This document shows, in pieces, positions 1-12,309 of a stretch of 64,000 bases of DNA. The position numbers and the translations under genes were made by a program. Position 1 is the first letter of the stretch; every line of letters begins with the position of its first letter. This DNA is from Leucoraja erinacea (lineage: Eukaryota): assembly GCF_028641065.1 (NCBI RefSeq), contig NC_073379.1:75640001-75704000 (forward strand), written 5' to 3'. The notes under the pieces were generated by a model. It searched no databases. It saw nothing but the letters and a program-made list of their open reading frames with translations, and had not been told where the DNA came from.

Positions 1-632
1 CTCAAAAATGAGCCCTGACAAAGTCATTTCCAGAATGCAAAAAGGAACGTCTTCTTGCTTTTGAATATTTTAGGATGCTGCCAAAAACACAGCCAAGGCT
101 TGCTTCTGAGTAAGATGAAAACAAGGGATCTCCAAGGGATTAAAGTTGTTTCCAAGTAGTTTTCTTCAGTTGGACTATCCATCCCCAAATCACTCTGGAA
201 TTCCGGTGTCCCCAAAAGCCATACTTTCATCCGAATCTGGTTGCCCTCCCTGGACTGAGCTGTGGGGTACCCTGCAGGATAAGTCCCCCCCCCCCCCACC
301 CCCTCCCCCACAATGATCTGTCCTACAGATAGCTGGGTGGAATCTTGATCATGTTGTATAGAATTTTAATGGGAAGACTGTAATCGCAACAGTCGAAGTG
401 AGTTGGTTTCAGTATGGATCGTGTCCTGTATTAAATTCAGTTAAATTTTCATTTTCACCTGTAACACCGAGGATAAACTTTTATAGTAAGCTTCTTTAAA
501 TATATCTGGTGCATTCAATATATGTTGGACTTTTCTCCAAAATCTGAATGCAACCTTGAGTAATGAATTTCACTTCTGCTGTAACTTTCATGATACCAGT
601 TTAAATTTGGACATTTAAAAAGTTGCATTTTT

Positions 633-2735
633 TGTTCGGGTCCTAAGTTGTTGTTTCCAATATATGCACAAAGTATATCTTAACTGCCAAAGGCATTTGC
701 AGAACATTGCCAAAAAAACTATCCCTTGACAAAATAACTTGGCCAAATTTGCTTTTGAATTGCTTTTAAGGCCATATGGCTATGCAAGGAATCAGAGGAC
801 CTGGAACATATAACAGGCAGAGTGGTCGTTAGAGGCATTATGTTCAGACAGGGAAATATGGGCTGAAGGGCCTGTTCCTGTGGCTTACAAATTTTCTCTG
901 CTGGTTTTGTAGTTAATGGTTTGGCTAATGGGGCTACTTTAACGGCAGACCCTTCTTCAGATTCATTGAATCCCACTATTTGTAAGCTCCCCAAATTACT
1001 CGGATTCAAGAATCCTTCTCTTGCATGGCATTGTAATGCTCTTTGAGTAGCTATAAACCAGAAATGTCCAAGATTGCTTGCTAGCCACATCTTCAATCCT
1101 ATCTCCTGGATTGCCCTCCCCTACTGATCTCCCCATGTCCTTGGAATTATCCTTTTATCTGCTTGGGGTTATATGTCCCCGCAATGATCTGTTCCATTTT
1201 AATCCAAAAACAGATACATTGTTGGGTTCGTTCCAGGAAATTTTGACAGAATCGTTGTTGGCACTTTACTAGAATCTTAGATGCTTGGAAGGTAGTCCAG
1301 GCCTCAGCCATAAATAAGTAATACAGCGCTTTCATCAATTTTGTAGATTTTTTTTCCCTTCTTCAATGGTGTTGCAGTTTATGGAAGATACATGGTGATT
1401 TTCAGACTGCAGTGTAAATTAAAGCTTAATAAATGGTTTACCCAATAAAAATTGTTTAATTTGTCACATGGTTTTGAATGTATGATTGTCCCAAGTAATA
1501 GGCGCTAAACTTTATTTAGGGTTGCTTTCTTTATTTTGTACCAGCCCTTATTGCTTCGTTAATGGGTAGGTTTGGAAATGGCTTGTTAGATTATGCAAAC
1601 AATTTCATTTGATATTGTTCGGGTCCTAATTGTGGTTCCAATACTAGTAAGTCATTTTCAAAGTATTATCTTAACTTGCAAAGGGCATTTGCAGTAACAA
1701 TTATGGGTGCTTCTTAAAAACTTGTCCCTTGGACTCGAAGATAACTTGCTCCCATTGGCATTTAATTGGCTTTCAGATAGGCATATGGATATGCAAGGAA
1801 TGGAGAGACATGGAACATATACAGGCAGAGGTGGTTAGTTTATCGGCATTATGTTCAGCAGGGAAATTATGGGCTGAAGGGCCTGTTCCTGTGCTATACT
1901 GTTCTATGTTCTCTGCTGGTTTTGTGGCTTCTGGTGTGGCTAATGGGGCTACTCTGGGAACGGCAGACACTTCTACAGATAGGATGAATCGGGAGTTAGT
2001 TTGTAAGCTGCTCCATTCCTTATACTGCTGATTAAGGAATTCTTTATGCTTCTCTTGAATGGGTTCAGTAGGAATGCTACTTTGAGTAGTTATAAACCAG
2101 AAATGTCCAAGAGTTGGTGAGGATGTATAATATCTTCATGGAGACCCTGGATCTTCTCCTCAGTCCACCTAGTAATTTCCTCTCATGACACAGCTTGGAA
2201 TAGTGGGTTTTTATCTAGAACTTGGTGTTATACATGTGACATGTCCAACATTGGTTACTGAGTATAACTAGGTGGTCAAAATTGGAAGAGCACATTGGTT
2301 TACTTGTTCTTCCAGGAAATTTGGAAGAATTTATGGAGACAATGTTGGTGGCACTTTACTAGCATCTTGAGATGCTTGTTGTAGGTAGTCCAGGCCTCAG
2401 AAGCATAAATAAGGTCAGGGACCACTGCTACAGCGATATCCATGAGTTTTGAGCAAAATGTTGGTTTTGATCCTTCTCTTCAATAAGGAAAGGCTGTGCT
2501 GGTGCATTGAAGATGATGGTGAATTTCATCATTGTTGTCTGCCTTGTTCACTGGTGGTTACCACAATATGGAAATGGTCCATTTTGTCCAAGGGCTCGCA
2601 TTGAACTATGATTGTCCTAAAGTAATGTGGCGCTGCAGGGGAAGTTGAGGGTCTTTGTCTTGTGGATGTTGAGTGTACAGCCCAACATTTGCTTCAGGAA
2701 AAGCTTTAGAAATGGCTTGGAGATTAGCCAACAAG
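633..2735. repeat. Degenerate ~1 kb tandem duplication (about 633-1605 versus 1616-2735)
   Basis: Anchors recur in the same order: tgttcgggtcctaa, gggctgaagggcctgttcctgtg, tataaaccagaaatgtccaaga, gcactttactag, ggtagtccaggcctcag, tatgattgtcc. The first copy is rich in indels. Confidence 0.8.
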
Positions 2736-2760
2736 CATATGCAAACAGACGCATTGTTTG
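2050..2760 (-). mobile_element. Degenerate RTE/BovB-like LINE RT C-terminal fragment
   Basis: Minus-strand pieces DHFHIVVT...DNNDEIHHHLQCTSTAF and LIYASEAWTTYNKHLKMLVKCHQHCLHKFFQISWKNK resemble the RTE ORF C-terminus. Confidence 0.7.
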
Positions 2761-4164
2761 CTAGGCTGCAGAAGCATGTTTTACAAAAGAAAAATAATAA
2801 ATTCATATCCCATTTGCTGCATTAGCTAATTTTGGTGGATTCACTTTTATTCCCCTTCTTGCCCTGATCTCCCGGAGAAAACTGTGGCAGAGTTATTCTA
2901 TCTGCTGTGCAATTAATTAGTTGCAATATCAGCATGAGGGGAAGCCTTTTCAGTCAAAGTACTGCAGCAGGAAGCCTTGACTTATATTAACAGCCAGGCA
3001 GTGTGCAATATATGCAGGGAAATAATAACTGTTGGCTTTATGGGACAACATATTGTCTTACCTATGCAACAAGCCTATGCTAAGTAGGATTTACAATTTT
3101 TAATGTTCAATTGCATTTCCTTGAGAGCTTAAAGTGATAGGTGGCTTTTAAATGGGCATCAAGACACTCAATATTATTGTTGGGAACCAGATCAATTTGT
3201 GCCTATTTTATGTGCAAATCATGTATTTAGTCCGGGTTAGTTCCTGGTATAAATAATTTCAGGGTGAAATCACTCCCATTCAGAAAATGGCCTGGGTATT
3301 TCCATGCACAATTGACCTTATTGATTACCTTATCTTTTGCAGTATCACAAATGCAACCAATTACATTACAAGGCATACAGTACTTATCGCTTACCAGTAT
3401 AAATTTCAGCTTTCGAATGAAACCTGCAACCTTAATTGAAAAGTCACAGTATAGATAGGGGAAGATAGTGGTACCTTCATACATTTTATGAGTATTTTAC
3501 AGAGTTGCTTTGCTTACAGTGTGAGACTTGACGAAGTAGCTTCCGAACTCACTTAAGATTGCTCAGAAATCTTACCTAGAGTTCATAGTGTAAGCCTAAT
3601 CTGTCAGGGAGTGCTTCCAACATGTAATTGTTGACCTACCCATTCAATGATACCCTTGGCAATACTCTGGAGGAATCCTTCATAAATGAAGCACGTCAAG
3701 GTGAGCAGCTGCCAGACCTGTTATTTATTATAAATTCTCGGTAAAAATTACACACCTTTGCGCCTTTCCCTGCTCACTAACTTATTAGTGTGATTTGAAG
3801 TCTTATGTCATGATGTCCCCTACATGTCTGCAATCTGGCCATTCACTTACTGATATCATTCGTGACCTTTGAGAAACCCTTGATTAGATGGGGACCAGAT
3901 GATTGCACATGATAAATTGATGGAGCAATCTGGTATAGCTGGATGTGGGCACAGCTGAGACTTTTGCTCATAGAATAAGGGTTGGAGGTGAGCTAAAGCA
4001 TGCATACAATGCCAAATTGCACAAGTGGAGCATTATTTTCCTACAGGTTTTGTTGCAATACTCAATTGGATATTCCCATTCACGGTCTGCAGCTTATTTG
4101 GGACTAATTCGGTTCAGTTCACTGTGGCCACTTTGTCCCAGCCTTAATTTGATACAAATACATC

Positions 4165-4600
4165 GATAGATGCTCCTGAACACATCATCAGTGATGTAAC
4201 CTGGGGTCATTGGGTGTTTCGGGTCTTTCAACATCAGACGCCCTCACCCAGGCGACCCAGCCGTGGTTGATCAGACCACGACTTGTGTTCAGGTGGCATT
4301 CGCTCCTCCCCATGGACCTCCTCTCCTGATCCAGAGCCATCTTGATGCCTTCTCCGCTGCCTCTGTGGTGTTCTTGATGGCCCTTCGCCTTGCCACTCCG
4401 TAGATGCCCAGTGCACTCAAGGCTTTGTAGAGCGATTGCCCTGTAAAACCTCTGCAGCCAACCTCGATGGGCATACACCTTGCCTTCCAGCCCTGCTTAC
4501 GGCAGTCTATGACCAGCTCTTCATACTTGGCCATCTTCCTGGGCCTCCTGCAGACGGTCCTCCCACGGCATTGTCAGTTCCAACAAGACGATGTTTTTGG
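4165..4600 (-). mobile_element. Hero-like non-LTR retrotransposon 3' end (restriction-like endonuclease)
   Basis: TKNIVLLELTMPWEDRLQEAQE...AKYEELVIDCRKQGWKARCMPIEVGCRGF...TEAAEKASRWLWIRR fits the RLE C-terminus of Hero-clade elements. 3' UTR ends ...ccccaggttacatcactgatgatgtg. Confidence 0.8.
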
Positions 4601-4626
4601 TCGGTCCTGAGACCGGTTGTGGAATT

Positions 4627-4935
4627 GGTTGTAAGGAGAGGAGACCAATCTGCATGGCGCTGACTGACAGGAGAGGAGACCAATCTGCATGGCGCTGACT
4701 GACAGGAGAGGAGACCAATCTGCGCCTGTGTGGTTTTTAAGAATTTTAAACCGTAATAACTTTTTAAATATACCATCGATCAGAACAATACTTGTTGCAC
4801 TCAAGCACAGGAGAATGGTGAGTAAGGTGGTGAAAAATTGTAGCATTATCGTGTACCATTTTTGTGCAAATAGATATAAACCACGCAAACTGGAAGAGCA
4901 CAAGATCAGAGTTTTAATTATGTATTATGTATAGA
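4627..4935 (-). mobile_element. Helitron-like 5' terminal fragment with a 35-bp tandem repeat (about 2.6 copies, 4634-4723)
   Basis: Reverse complement starts a|TCTATACATAAT...AAAACTCTGATCTTG and matches the start of the element at 59364. Repeat unit aggagaggagaccaatctgcatggcgctgactgac. Confidence 0.6.
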
Positions 4936-5059
4936 TAGATAACAAATATATCATATGAAACCTCAACATCCAGAGAAACACAATTTCCTCGTTCTCAGAA
5001 TGTGCTTTCCAGAATACGTCCATTCATTGCAATTAACTTGAGGCAGGTAAGTGAAACAC

Positions 5060-6050
5060 TGTGTAGGAAGGAAATGCAGATGTTGGTTTAAACCAAAGAT
5101 AGACACAAAATGCTGGAGTAACTCAGCGGGACAGGCAGCATCTCTGGAGAGAAAGAATGGGTGATGTTTTGGGTCGAGACCCTTCTTCAGACTGATGTCA
5201 GGGGAGAAGGAGATACATAGATAAAATGTAGAATAGATCATTGTTAGCTGGGAGAAAGTAACAACAAAGCAAACAGAGATAAAATGTAGTTGGACACCGT
5301 AAGCCTTGTCGGAGAACTGGGAAGGGGGAGAGATGCAGAGAGAGGGAAAGCAAGGGTTACTTGAAGTTAAAGACGTCAATGTTCATACTGCTGGGGTGTA
5401 AATTGCCCAAGCGAAATATGAGGTGCTGTTCCTCCAATTTGCGCTGGGCCTCACTCTGACAATGGAGGAGGCCCAGGACAGAAAGGTCAGTGTGGGAATG
5501 GGAGGGCAAGTTAAAGTGTTTAGCAAGCGGGAGATCAGGTAGGTTTAGGCAGGCTGAGAGGAGGTGTTCAGCGCAACGATTACTGAGCTTGCGCTTGGTC
5601 TCGCCGATATATAGGAGTCCACACCTGGAACAGCGAATACGGTAGATGAGGTTGGAGGAGGTGCAAGTGAACCTCTGCCTCACCTGAAAAGACTGCCGGG
5701 GTCCTTCGACGGAGTCGAGGGGGAATGTATAGGAACAGATGTTGCATCTCCTGCGGTTGCAGGGGATAAAACCTGGGTAGGGACTGGTTTAGGTGGGAAG
5801 GGATGGGTTTACCAGGATTTGCGGAGGGAACAGTCTCTGCAGAAAGTGGAAAGGGGTGGAGATGGGAAGATGTGGCTAATGGTGGGATCTTGTTGGAGGC
5901 GGCGAATATATTGGTGGATTATGTGCTGTATGCGACGGCTGATGGGGTGGAAGGTGAGGACTAGGGGAACTCTGTCCCTGTTATGACTGGGGGAGGGGGA
6001 GCAAGAGCGGAGCTGCAGGATATGGAGACCCTAGTGAGGGCCTCATCTGG
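5060..6050 (-). mobile_element. Penelope-like element: GIY-YIG endonuclease region (5357-5683) plus pseudo-LTR
   Basis: FTCTSSNLIYRIRCSRCGLLYIGETKR...EH...HF...RKLEEQHLIFRLG...MNID is the Penelope-type GIY-YIG domain. The downstream pLTR contains a degenerate CTGAAGA...AAAC motif. Confidence 0.9.
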
Positions 6051-6180
6051 CATGGAACCTATAAAACATATATATGTCCAATATGAGCAAATCTATACAA
6101 AAATACTTTTTCAACATGAAAACTTTGAATACCATGTTGATTCTGTTCCTATTTTAAAAGTAACATTTCCCAATAAACAG

Positions 6181-6335
6181 GAACTCTACGTTACATGCTG
6201 CAGTGGACCTAAGCTGACAGGGGACTCAATTCTACTCCATGCAAGTGCAGTTTGTCACAAGCTAACTTCTGTGGATGTCAGTTGGACAGCAGCTACAGAT
6301 GCTGGAATTATAGCACTTGCTCATTCGTCTTCATG
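6181..6335 (+). CDS. Cysteine-containing LRR (FBXL/AMN1-like) gene, visible coding exon 1 of 7
   Basis: aaacag|GAA acceptor; ELYVTCCSGPKLTGDSILLHASAVCHKLTSVDVSWTAATDAGIIALAHSSS; TG|gtatgt donor (phase 2). LRR_CC pattern LxxVdvSwtxxTDxGixaL. Confidence 0.88.
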
Positions 6336-6679
6336 GTATGTCCCATGTACTTTGTTACAGTTGTATTATGAACTCTGCTTGTAATAGATGGAAATAGCAG
6401 TTATTACTGAAATTCTTCATTGTTCAATAAAATAACGTTGTTTATATGCAGTACATAACAAAAATTATGTGAATGAAAATGTTTTTTGGTATAGTTCTGT
6501 ATGCATTTTGTATAGTTTTGCATAAATTCAGAATAGTTAATATGTGAATTATGGTGCCCATAAATTTCTACTGTGTTTGCTGTGGGCCTGCTATATTGAT
6601 GCAGGGACATGTACCATCAGATTCAACAGCATGTAATTTTTGTCTGGACATCATGGTGATTTTCATCCACAAATGAAAG

Positions 6680-7625
6680 TAATTTGAGAAAGGACATTCT
6701 TGCTATTGAGGGAGTGCAGCGTAGGTTCACAAGATTAGTTCCTGGGATGGTGGGACTGTCATATGATGAACGAATGAAGCGACTGGGCTTGTATTCATTG
6801 GAATTTAGAAGGATGAGAGGGTACCTTATATCAGATTACTATCTAACTGGAGTCAAGTTGGGAAAAGGGGAAGTACATCGGGATCTGGGGGTCCTTGGAC
6901 ATCAGTCTATGAAAGTAAACATGCAGGTACAGCAGGCAGTGAAAAAGCGAATGGCATGTTGGCCTTTATAATAAGTGGAATCAAATACAGGAGCAAAGAG
7001 GTCCTTCTGCAGTTGTACAGAGCCCTAGTGAGACCACACCTGGAGTATTGTGTGCAGTTTTGGTCCCCTAATTTGAGGATGGACATTCTTGCATATTGAG
7101 GGAGTGCAGCGTAGGTTTACAAGGTTAATTCCCGGGATGACGGGACTGTCATATGTTGAGAGAATGGTGAAGCTGGGCTTGTACACTCTGGAGTTTAGAA
7201 GGATGAGAGGGGATCTCATTGAAACATATAAGATTGTTAAGTGCTTGGACACGCTAGAGGCAGGAAACATGTTCCCGATGTTGGGGGAGTCCAGAACCAG
7301 GGGCCACAGTTTAAGAATAAGGAGTAAGCCATTTAGAACAGAGACGAGAAAACACTTTTTCTCGCAGAGAGTGGTGTCTGTGCCTCAGAGGGCGGTGGAA
7401 GCAGGTTCTCTGGATGCTTTCAAGAGAGAGCTAGATAGGGCTCTTAAAATTAGTGGAGTCAGGGGATCTGGGGAGAAGGCAGGAATGGGGTACTGATTGG
7501 GGATGATCAGCCATGATCACATTGAATGGCGGTGCTGGCTCGAAGGGCTGAATGGCCTACTCCTGCACCTATTGTCTATTGTCTATTATAGAAACATGTA
7601 ACATTATTAAGGGATTGGACATGCC
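6680..7625 (+). mobile_element. CR1/HER1-like LINE 3' fragments, internally rearranged
   Basis: DILAIEGVQRRFTRL...YSLEFRRMRG occurs twice; RPHLEYCVQFWSP present; tail (ctattgt)n near 7570-7590. Confidence 0.9.
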
Positions 7626-7802
7626 AGACCATGTGAGCAGATCATTTATGGTAATCTGCTGCAGTTATATCCTTTAAGTTAAATGCCCACCCTGGCAATG
7701 GTTCTTCCTCAGTTTCCTCAACTTCAATCCCCCCCCATGCCCTGTACCTCAGGGATTGGCGATGAGACCCTTACTGTTAGTCATAAACATTAACAATTTG
7801 GA

Positions 7803-8031
7803 AAAAGAGACATAAAGTGCTGGAGTAACTCAGCAGGTCAGGCAGCATTTCTGGAGAACATGGTGAGGTGATGTTTTGGATCGAGACCCTTCTTCAGACT
7901 CTGGACCTGAAAAAATGTCCTGACTCAAAATGTCAGCTATCCATGATCTCCAAAAGTACTGCCTGATCCACTGAGTTACTCCAGCACGTTGTCTCTCTTA
8001 TTGTAAACCCGCATCAGCAGTTCCTTGTTTC
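7803..8031. mobile_element. Palindromic Penelope pLTR-derived short element with a 17-bp TSD
   Basis: Inverted arms gctggagtaactcag / ctgagttactccagc. AACATTAACAATTTGGA flanks it at 7786-7802 and 8032-8048. Confidence 0.8.
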
Positions 8032-8459
8032 AACATTAACAATTTGGACGTGAATTAAGGATATATAATTAGTACGTTTGCAGAAGACACAAAAAATGGC
8101 GATGTTGGTAATAGAAAGGAAGATAGTCTTAGTTACAGGAAGAGATTAATCAGTGTACAATATGGGTGGAAGAATATGCAGATGAAATGTAATCCCAACA
8201 AATGTGAGACGATACACTTTGGGAGAAATAATAAAGATGGTCTCTCGAGGGTATTGACAAACAGATGGTGTATATATCCATGAATCCCTGAAGTGAAGGT
8301 GGCAGCACAGGTCAATAAGGTGTGGAAAAAGGTATATGGATATTAACCTTCATTTGCAAGGGTATAGAATTTAAGCTCAGGGAGATTTCTAAAATATTGG
8401 TTAGACCCACAGCTGGAATACTGCATGTGTTTGTAGTCACTACACAACAAGAAGGATAT

Positions 8460-8649
8460 AGTGTTTAAGAAGGAACTGTAGATGCTGGAATATCGAAGGT
8501 AGACAAAAGTGCTGGAGAAACTCAGCGGGTGCAACAGCATCTATGGAGTGAAGGAAATCGGCAATATTTCATGCTAAAACGTTGCCTTTTTCCTTCGCTT
8601 CATAGATGCTGCTGCACCCGCTGAGTTTCTCCAGCACTTTTGTCTACCG
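8460..8649. mobile_element. Palindromic Penelope pLTR-derived short element with a 13-bp TSD
   Basis: Inverted arms of about 70 bp (ggtagacaaaagtgctggagaaactcagcgggtgc... / ...gcacccgctgagtttctccagcacttttgtctacc). ACAAGAAGGATAT at 8447-8459 and 8650-8662. Confidence 0.85.
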
Positions 8650-10031
8650 ACAAGAAGGATATGATTGCACTGGAGAGGGTTCAGAGGAGATTCACCAGGG
8701 TATTGAGGATTTATTGGGAGATTTGAAGGTTTTCAACAGGGGGAAATCCTCAGCTATAACTAGTGCACGGCAAAGTGATCTGGCGTATAGAGGGACTCCG
8801 CTGAGCACTTTCCTAATGCTGTCTTTATAGTAAAAGATCTGCATTAGTTAGGTTTGTGAAATCACTTAAGCGATATCATGTTAATAAAATCTATATCCTT
8901 CTGTTAGTTCCTGCCAAATGTAATACAGCAGCTGTCACATCAAGGCTATGTTATAATTGGATAGAATAGGAGGCACATTTTGAAGAACTCCAATGGCTAA
9001 TAGCTGTGAGGGCCATTCCTACACGACTGCTGGAATGGGCTTTGGCAGCTGGTTTGTTTAGGATTGAATAGCATCTGTGGGTGCTGTAAAGCTATATTAA
9101 TTTGCCAGTGATGGGGCGTTTTAATTATGAGGTGCAGTTGGATAGGCAGAGCTTGTTTTCCTTGGACTAGAGGTGGCTGAAGTGATCATGTTTGAGCTTT
9201 ATAAAAGTAGATACGTATAGTGAAGTTACACAGTAGGGAAATGTTCTTGAGAATAGAGGTGTCAAAAACACCTAGGGTAAAGGAGAAGAGGTTTAGAGGG
9301 GACCTGAGGATATTTTAGAATCTGGAATGTTTTTTCTGAGTGAGTGGTGGAGAAAGACACTCTTATACTATTACAGAAGATATTTAGGCAACCAATTGAA
9401 TTGCTAAGACATACAAGGCTACTGACCATGTGCTGATACATGGGATTAACATAGATGGTAAGTAATGGTCAACATAGAGACGGTGGGCTGATGGGCTAGT
9501 TTCTATTCTGTTTGATTCTGTGGCTACAATTTTCTTGCCTTAAGTGGGTCGCTTTTCAAAGGTTGGATATTTACGTTAGTTTTACGTTTGTCTTTTAGCA
9601 TTTGAAATGACAGAAAGACAATGGTTACAATATCAGTTAGCTGACCTTGCTTCTTGGAAAGGATTCTGATGTCAATTTATTGCTGGAGATATTTAATGTT
9701 GGCTTTAAAATATGGTGGGAATTTGTTAATGAAAGATCTGTAGAAAAGCTCAGAGAAACTCCGCATTTCTGCAAATTATTAAAATCTGTGCTTTCTGTCA
9801 TTGTGGAGAGGTAATACATTCAAATAATTACATAGTGTTTAAACTTATAATTTCAATAGTTCAGATTGCACTTCAAAGTTAAATTTATTTCCAGATTTTT
9901 GTTATTTTAATTAAAATCTAAAGTAAATATAACTGACCCACAAAGAAATCAAAAACAACATAATAATTGTACAAATAATGTGTGCGAGTGTGTTGTGTTT
10001 ATATCTCACCCCAAAATATCATTTATTGTAG

Positions 10032-10109
10032 TCTTTACAGACTCCTCGTCAATGGATGCCATCTCACAGATGAAAGTATCAATATTTTGATTAAAAAGCA
10101 TGGAAAAAG
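10032..10109 (+). CDS. LRR gene, visible coding exon 2
   Basis: ttattgtag|T acceptor completes TGT (Cys); LYRLLVNGCHLTDESINILIKKHGK; AG|gtaatg donor. Phase 2 at both ends matches the neighbours. Absent from the ORF track. Confidence 0.88.
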
Positions 10110-10363
10110 GTAATGCCTTTCCTTCATTGATTTCAGTGCAGAAATAGAAGCAGTACAAGTTTTTCTGGGTTTTTTCCCTGTGTAAAAACATAAGTGAATG
10201 TGCAGAGATTATCAGATTATACTTTGTTTTGCAATTGGGCATATTGGACCACCTGGGCTCAGCACAGTTTGAAAGTTCAAGAAGGAATAATTGTAGAAAT
10301 ATAACAAAACACATTAATTTCTTAAGGAGAATGCTTTCATGCAAGCATATAAATTAGGAATAA

Positions 10364-10910
10364 AGGGCCTGTCCCACGAGCATGCGACTACATGTGGCGA
10401 GCGCGACCTAACATGGTCGCTTGAGCCGTACGGCCTCACGGGTCGATCCCACTTCGATCGCCGGAGCCGTATGGAGTTGTGCGGGGCTGGTCCCAACATC
10501 GCGCGGGGCTCCGAAAAACTGACACTGTCCAAAAATTCCGCGCGGCAACGGCCTGTCGGCCCGCAGCCGCATTGTGGTGTAACCCAGCGCCTCGACGGGC
10601 GTACGCAGCGTCTCGATGCCGTACGCATTGTCTTGACGGCGTACGCCTAGCGCGTGGCATTGCGCGATGATGTCACCGCCCGCCGTGCCATTGCGTGATG
10701 GCGTAACCGCCCGACGCCGTGCGACGTCCAAATTCAGTCGGCCCGCCTCCTGCCCAGCTGATTGGTGAGTATGATGTCAGGATCGGCCCCGCACAACTCC
10801 AGACAGCTCCGCGGTTGGAAGTGGGACCGGCCCCGCGAGGCCGTACGCCTCAAGCAACCACATTTGGTCGCGCTAGACGCATGCAATCGCATGCTGGTGG
10901 GACAGGCCCT
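10364..10910. mobile_element. PIF/Harbinger-type MITE
   Basis: TIR AGGGCCTGTCCCAC...GTGGGACAGGCCCT, TAA duplicated on both sides, GC-rich interior with inverted subterminal repeats. Confidence 0.88.
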
Positions 10911-11020
10911 TAAGAGTGAGCCACTCAGCTGTTTGAACCCGTTTCAACATCCAAGAAGGTCATGGGTGATATGACTGTAGTCCCCCCCTTTTCCTTCCTT
11001 CTTTACCCCCCCACCCCCCA

Positions 11021-11120
11021 TCAGTCTGAAGAAGGGTTTCGGCCCGAAACGTCGCCTATTTCCTTCGCCCCATAGATGCTGCTGCACCCGCTGAGTTTCT
11101 CCAGCAATTTTGTGTACCCT
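11021..11120 (+). ncRNA. Minimal hammerhead ribozyme motif in a Penelope pLTR fragment
   Basis: CTGAAGA (11026-11032), A, stem II GGGT[TTCG]GCCC, GAAAC (11046-11050), GTC cleavage triplet (11051-11053). Stem I pairing is weak. Confidence 0.6.
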
Positions 11121-11621
11121 ATCTGATGATTGCAGTGAGATTACGTGGATTTTTTTCCAAAGCAGATTTTTTTCTGCTTGCCAATTTCTAAAAGTATTTT
11201 TTCAAGGATTTTCTGATTCATGACTGAAATTGCATTATAACTAGTTCATCCCTTGTTATACAAATATCGTGTTCTATCCAAATTGCTTTTGCATTGGTTT
11301 ATTACTATTGTCATGTTTACTGAGAACCTGTGAAAACTTTGTTTTGCATGTTATCCAGGCAAATCATGCCACACACAAGTACATCAGATGAAGTAGAGTG
11401 CAGGATATAGTGTTACAATTACAGAAAAACACAGGCCAATAATCTTTCAGGAGATTGCAGAATATATGAGGATTTCCTCAATACAAGGGTAAATCTTTCA
11501 TTGTAATTACAACCATGCATCTCAGAACACTACTCTCAATTAGACAGAACAAGACGGGTCTTCCTGATTGACAGCTATTCGCTGGGTGTTCTAATGCACT
11601 TTTCCATTGTTTCTTAACACT

Positions 11622-11968
11622 TCACATGGATGTGGAGAGGATGTTTCCACTAGTGGGAGAGTTTAGGAATAGAGGTCACAGCCTCAGAATTAAAGGACGT
11701 TCTTTTAAGAAGGAGATAAGGAAACGTTTCTTTAGTCAGAGGACAGTGAATCTGTGGAATTCTTTGCCACAGAGGAGGCCAAATCAGTGGCTATATTTAA
11801 GGCAGAGAAAGATAGATTCTTGACTAGTACAGGTGTCAGAGGTTATGGGGGGAAGACAGGAGAAAGGGATTAGGAGGGAGAGATAGATCAGCCATGATTG
11901 AATGGTGGAGTAGACTTGATGGGCCGAATGGTCTAGTGCTACTCCTATCATTTATGACCTTATGACCA
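11622..11968 (+). mobile_element. CR1 LINE 3' end
   Basis: DVERMFPLVGEFRNRGHSLRIKG...FFSQRTVNLWNSLPQ; tail (ttatgacc)n. Confidence 0.85.
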
Positions 11969-12309
11969 CAAACCCCGTTGAGATTAATGGAGAATTAAGT
12001 CTTTGTTCCAGATCAAACAGTAAGTGGCACTGAGGAGCAACAGTGTTCTTGAAGAAACAACATCAAGCAGCTCTCAGCAATTTTTGGATTTTTCTGTTCG
12101 TGCATTCTCAAAATCAAACACGTTCTGATGTTTACATGAGAAAATACAGAAGTTTCATGCAGAATTACTGCCATTTTCCTGGTAAATCCAACCCAATATG
12201 TTTTAAGCCAATGGAGTTGTTTCGGTATCAGGAAACATACGTATGATGCAATGCCTTTCCTAGGACTAGAATGGTTAATGAGGCATTGTTCAGAAGGAAA
12301 ATGATGGGA

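Larger units (their letters stand above)
7745..8705 (+). mobile_element. Old CR1 RT fragment interrupted by two Penelope-derived hairpin elements
   Basis: Remnants of PQG..INNLD..ISTFAEDTK..CNPNKCETIHFG..VRPQLEYC motifs. Confidence 0.75.

Noticed and set aside
4634-4723. 35-bp direct repeats as a possible CRISPR array
   Set aside because: The repeats are adjacent with no unique spacers, the context is a eukaryotic transposon, and there are no cas genes.
9641-9810. AG/GT-bounded open frame LTLLLGKDSDVNLLLEIFNVGFKIWWEF...VIVE as an extra LRR-gene exon
   Set aside because: It starts in phase 0 while the preceding exon ends in phase 2, and it has no LRR pattern. The exon at 10032-10109 already joins correctly.
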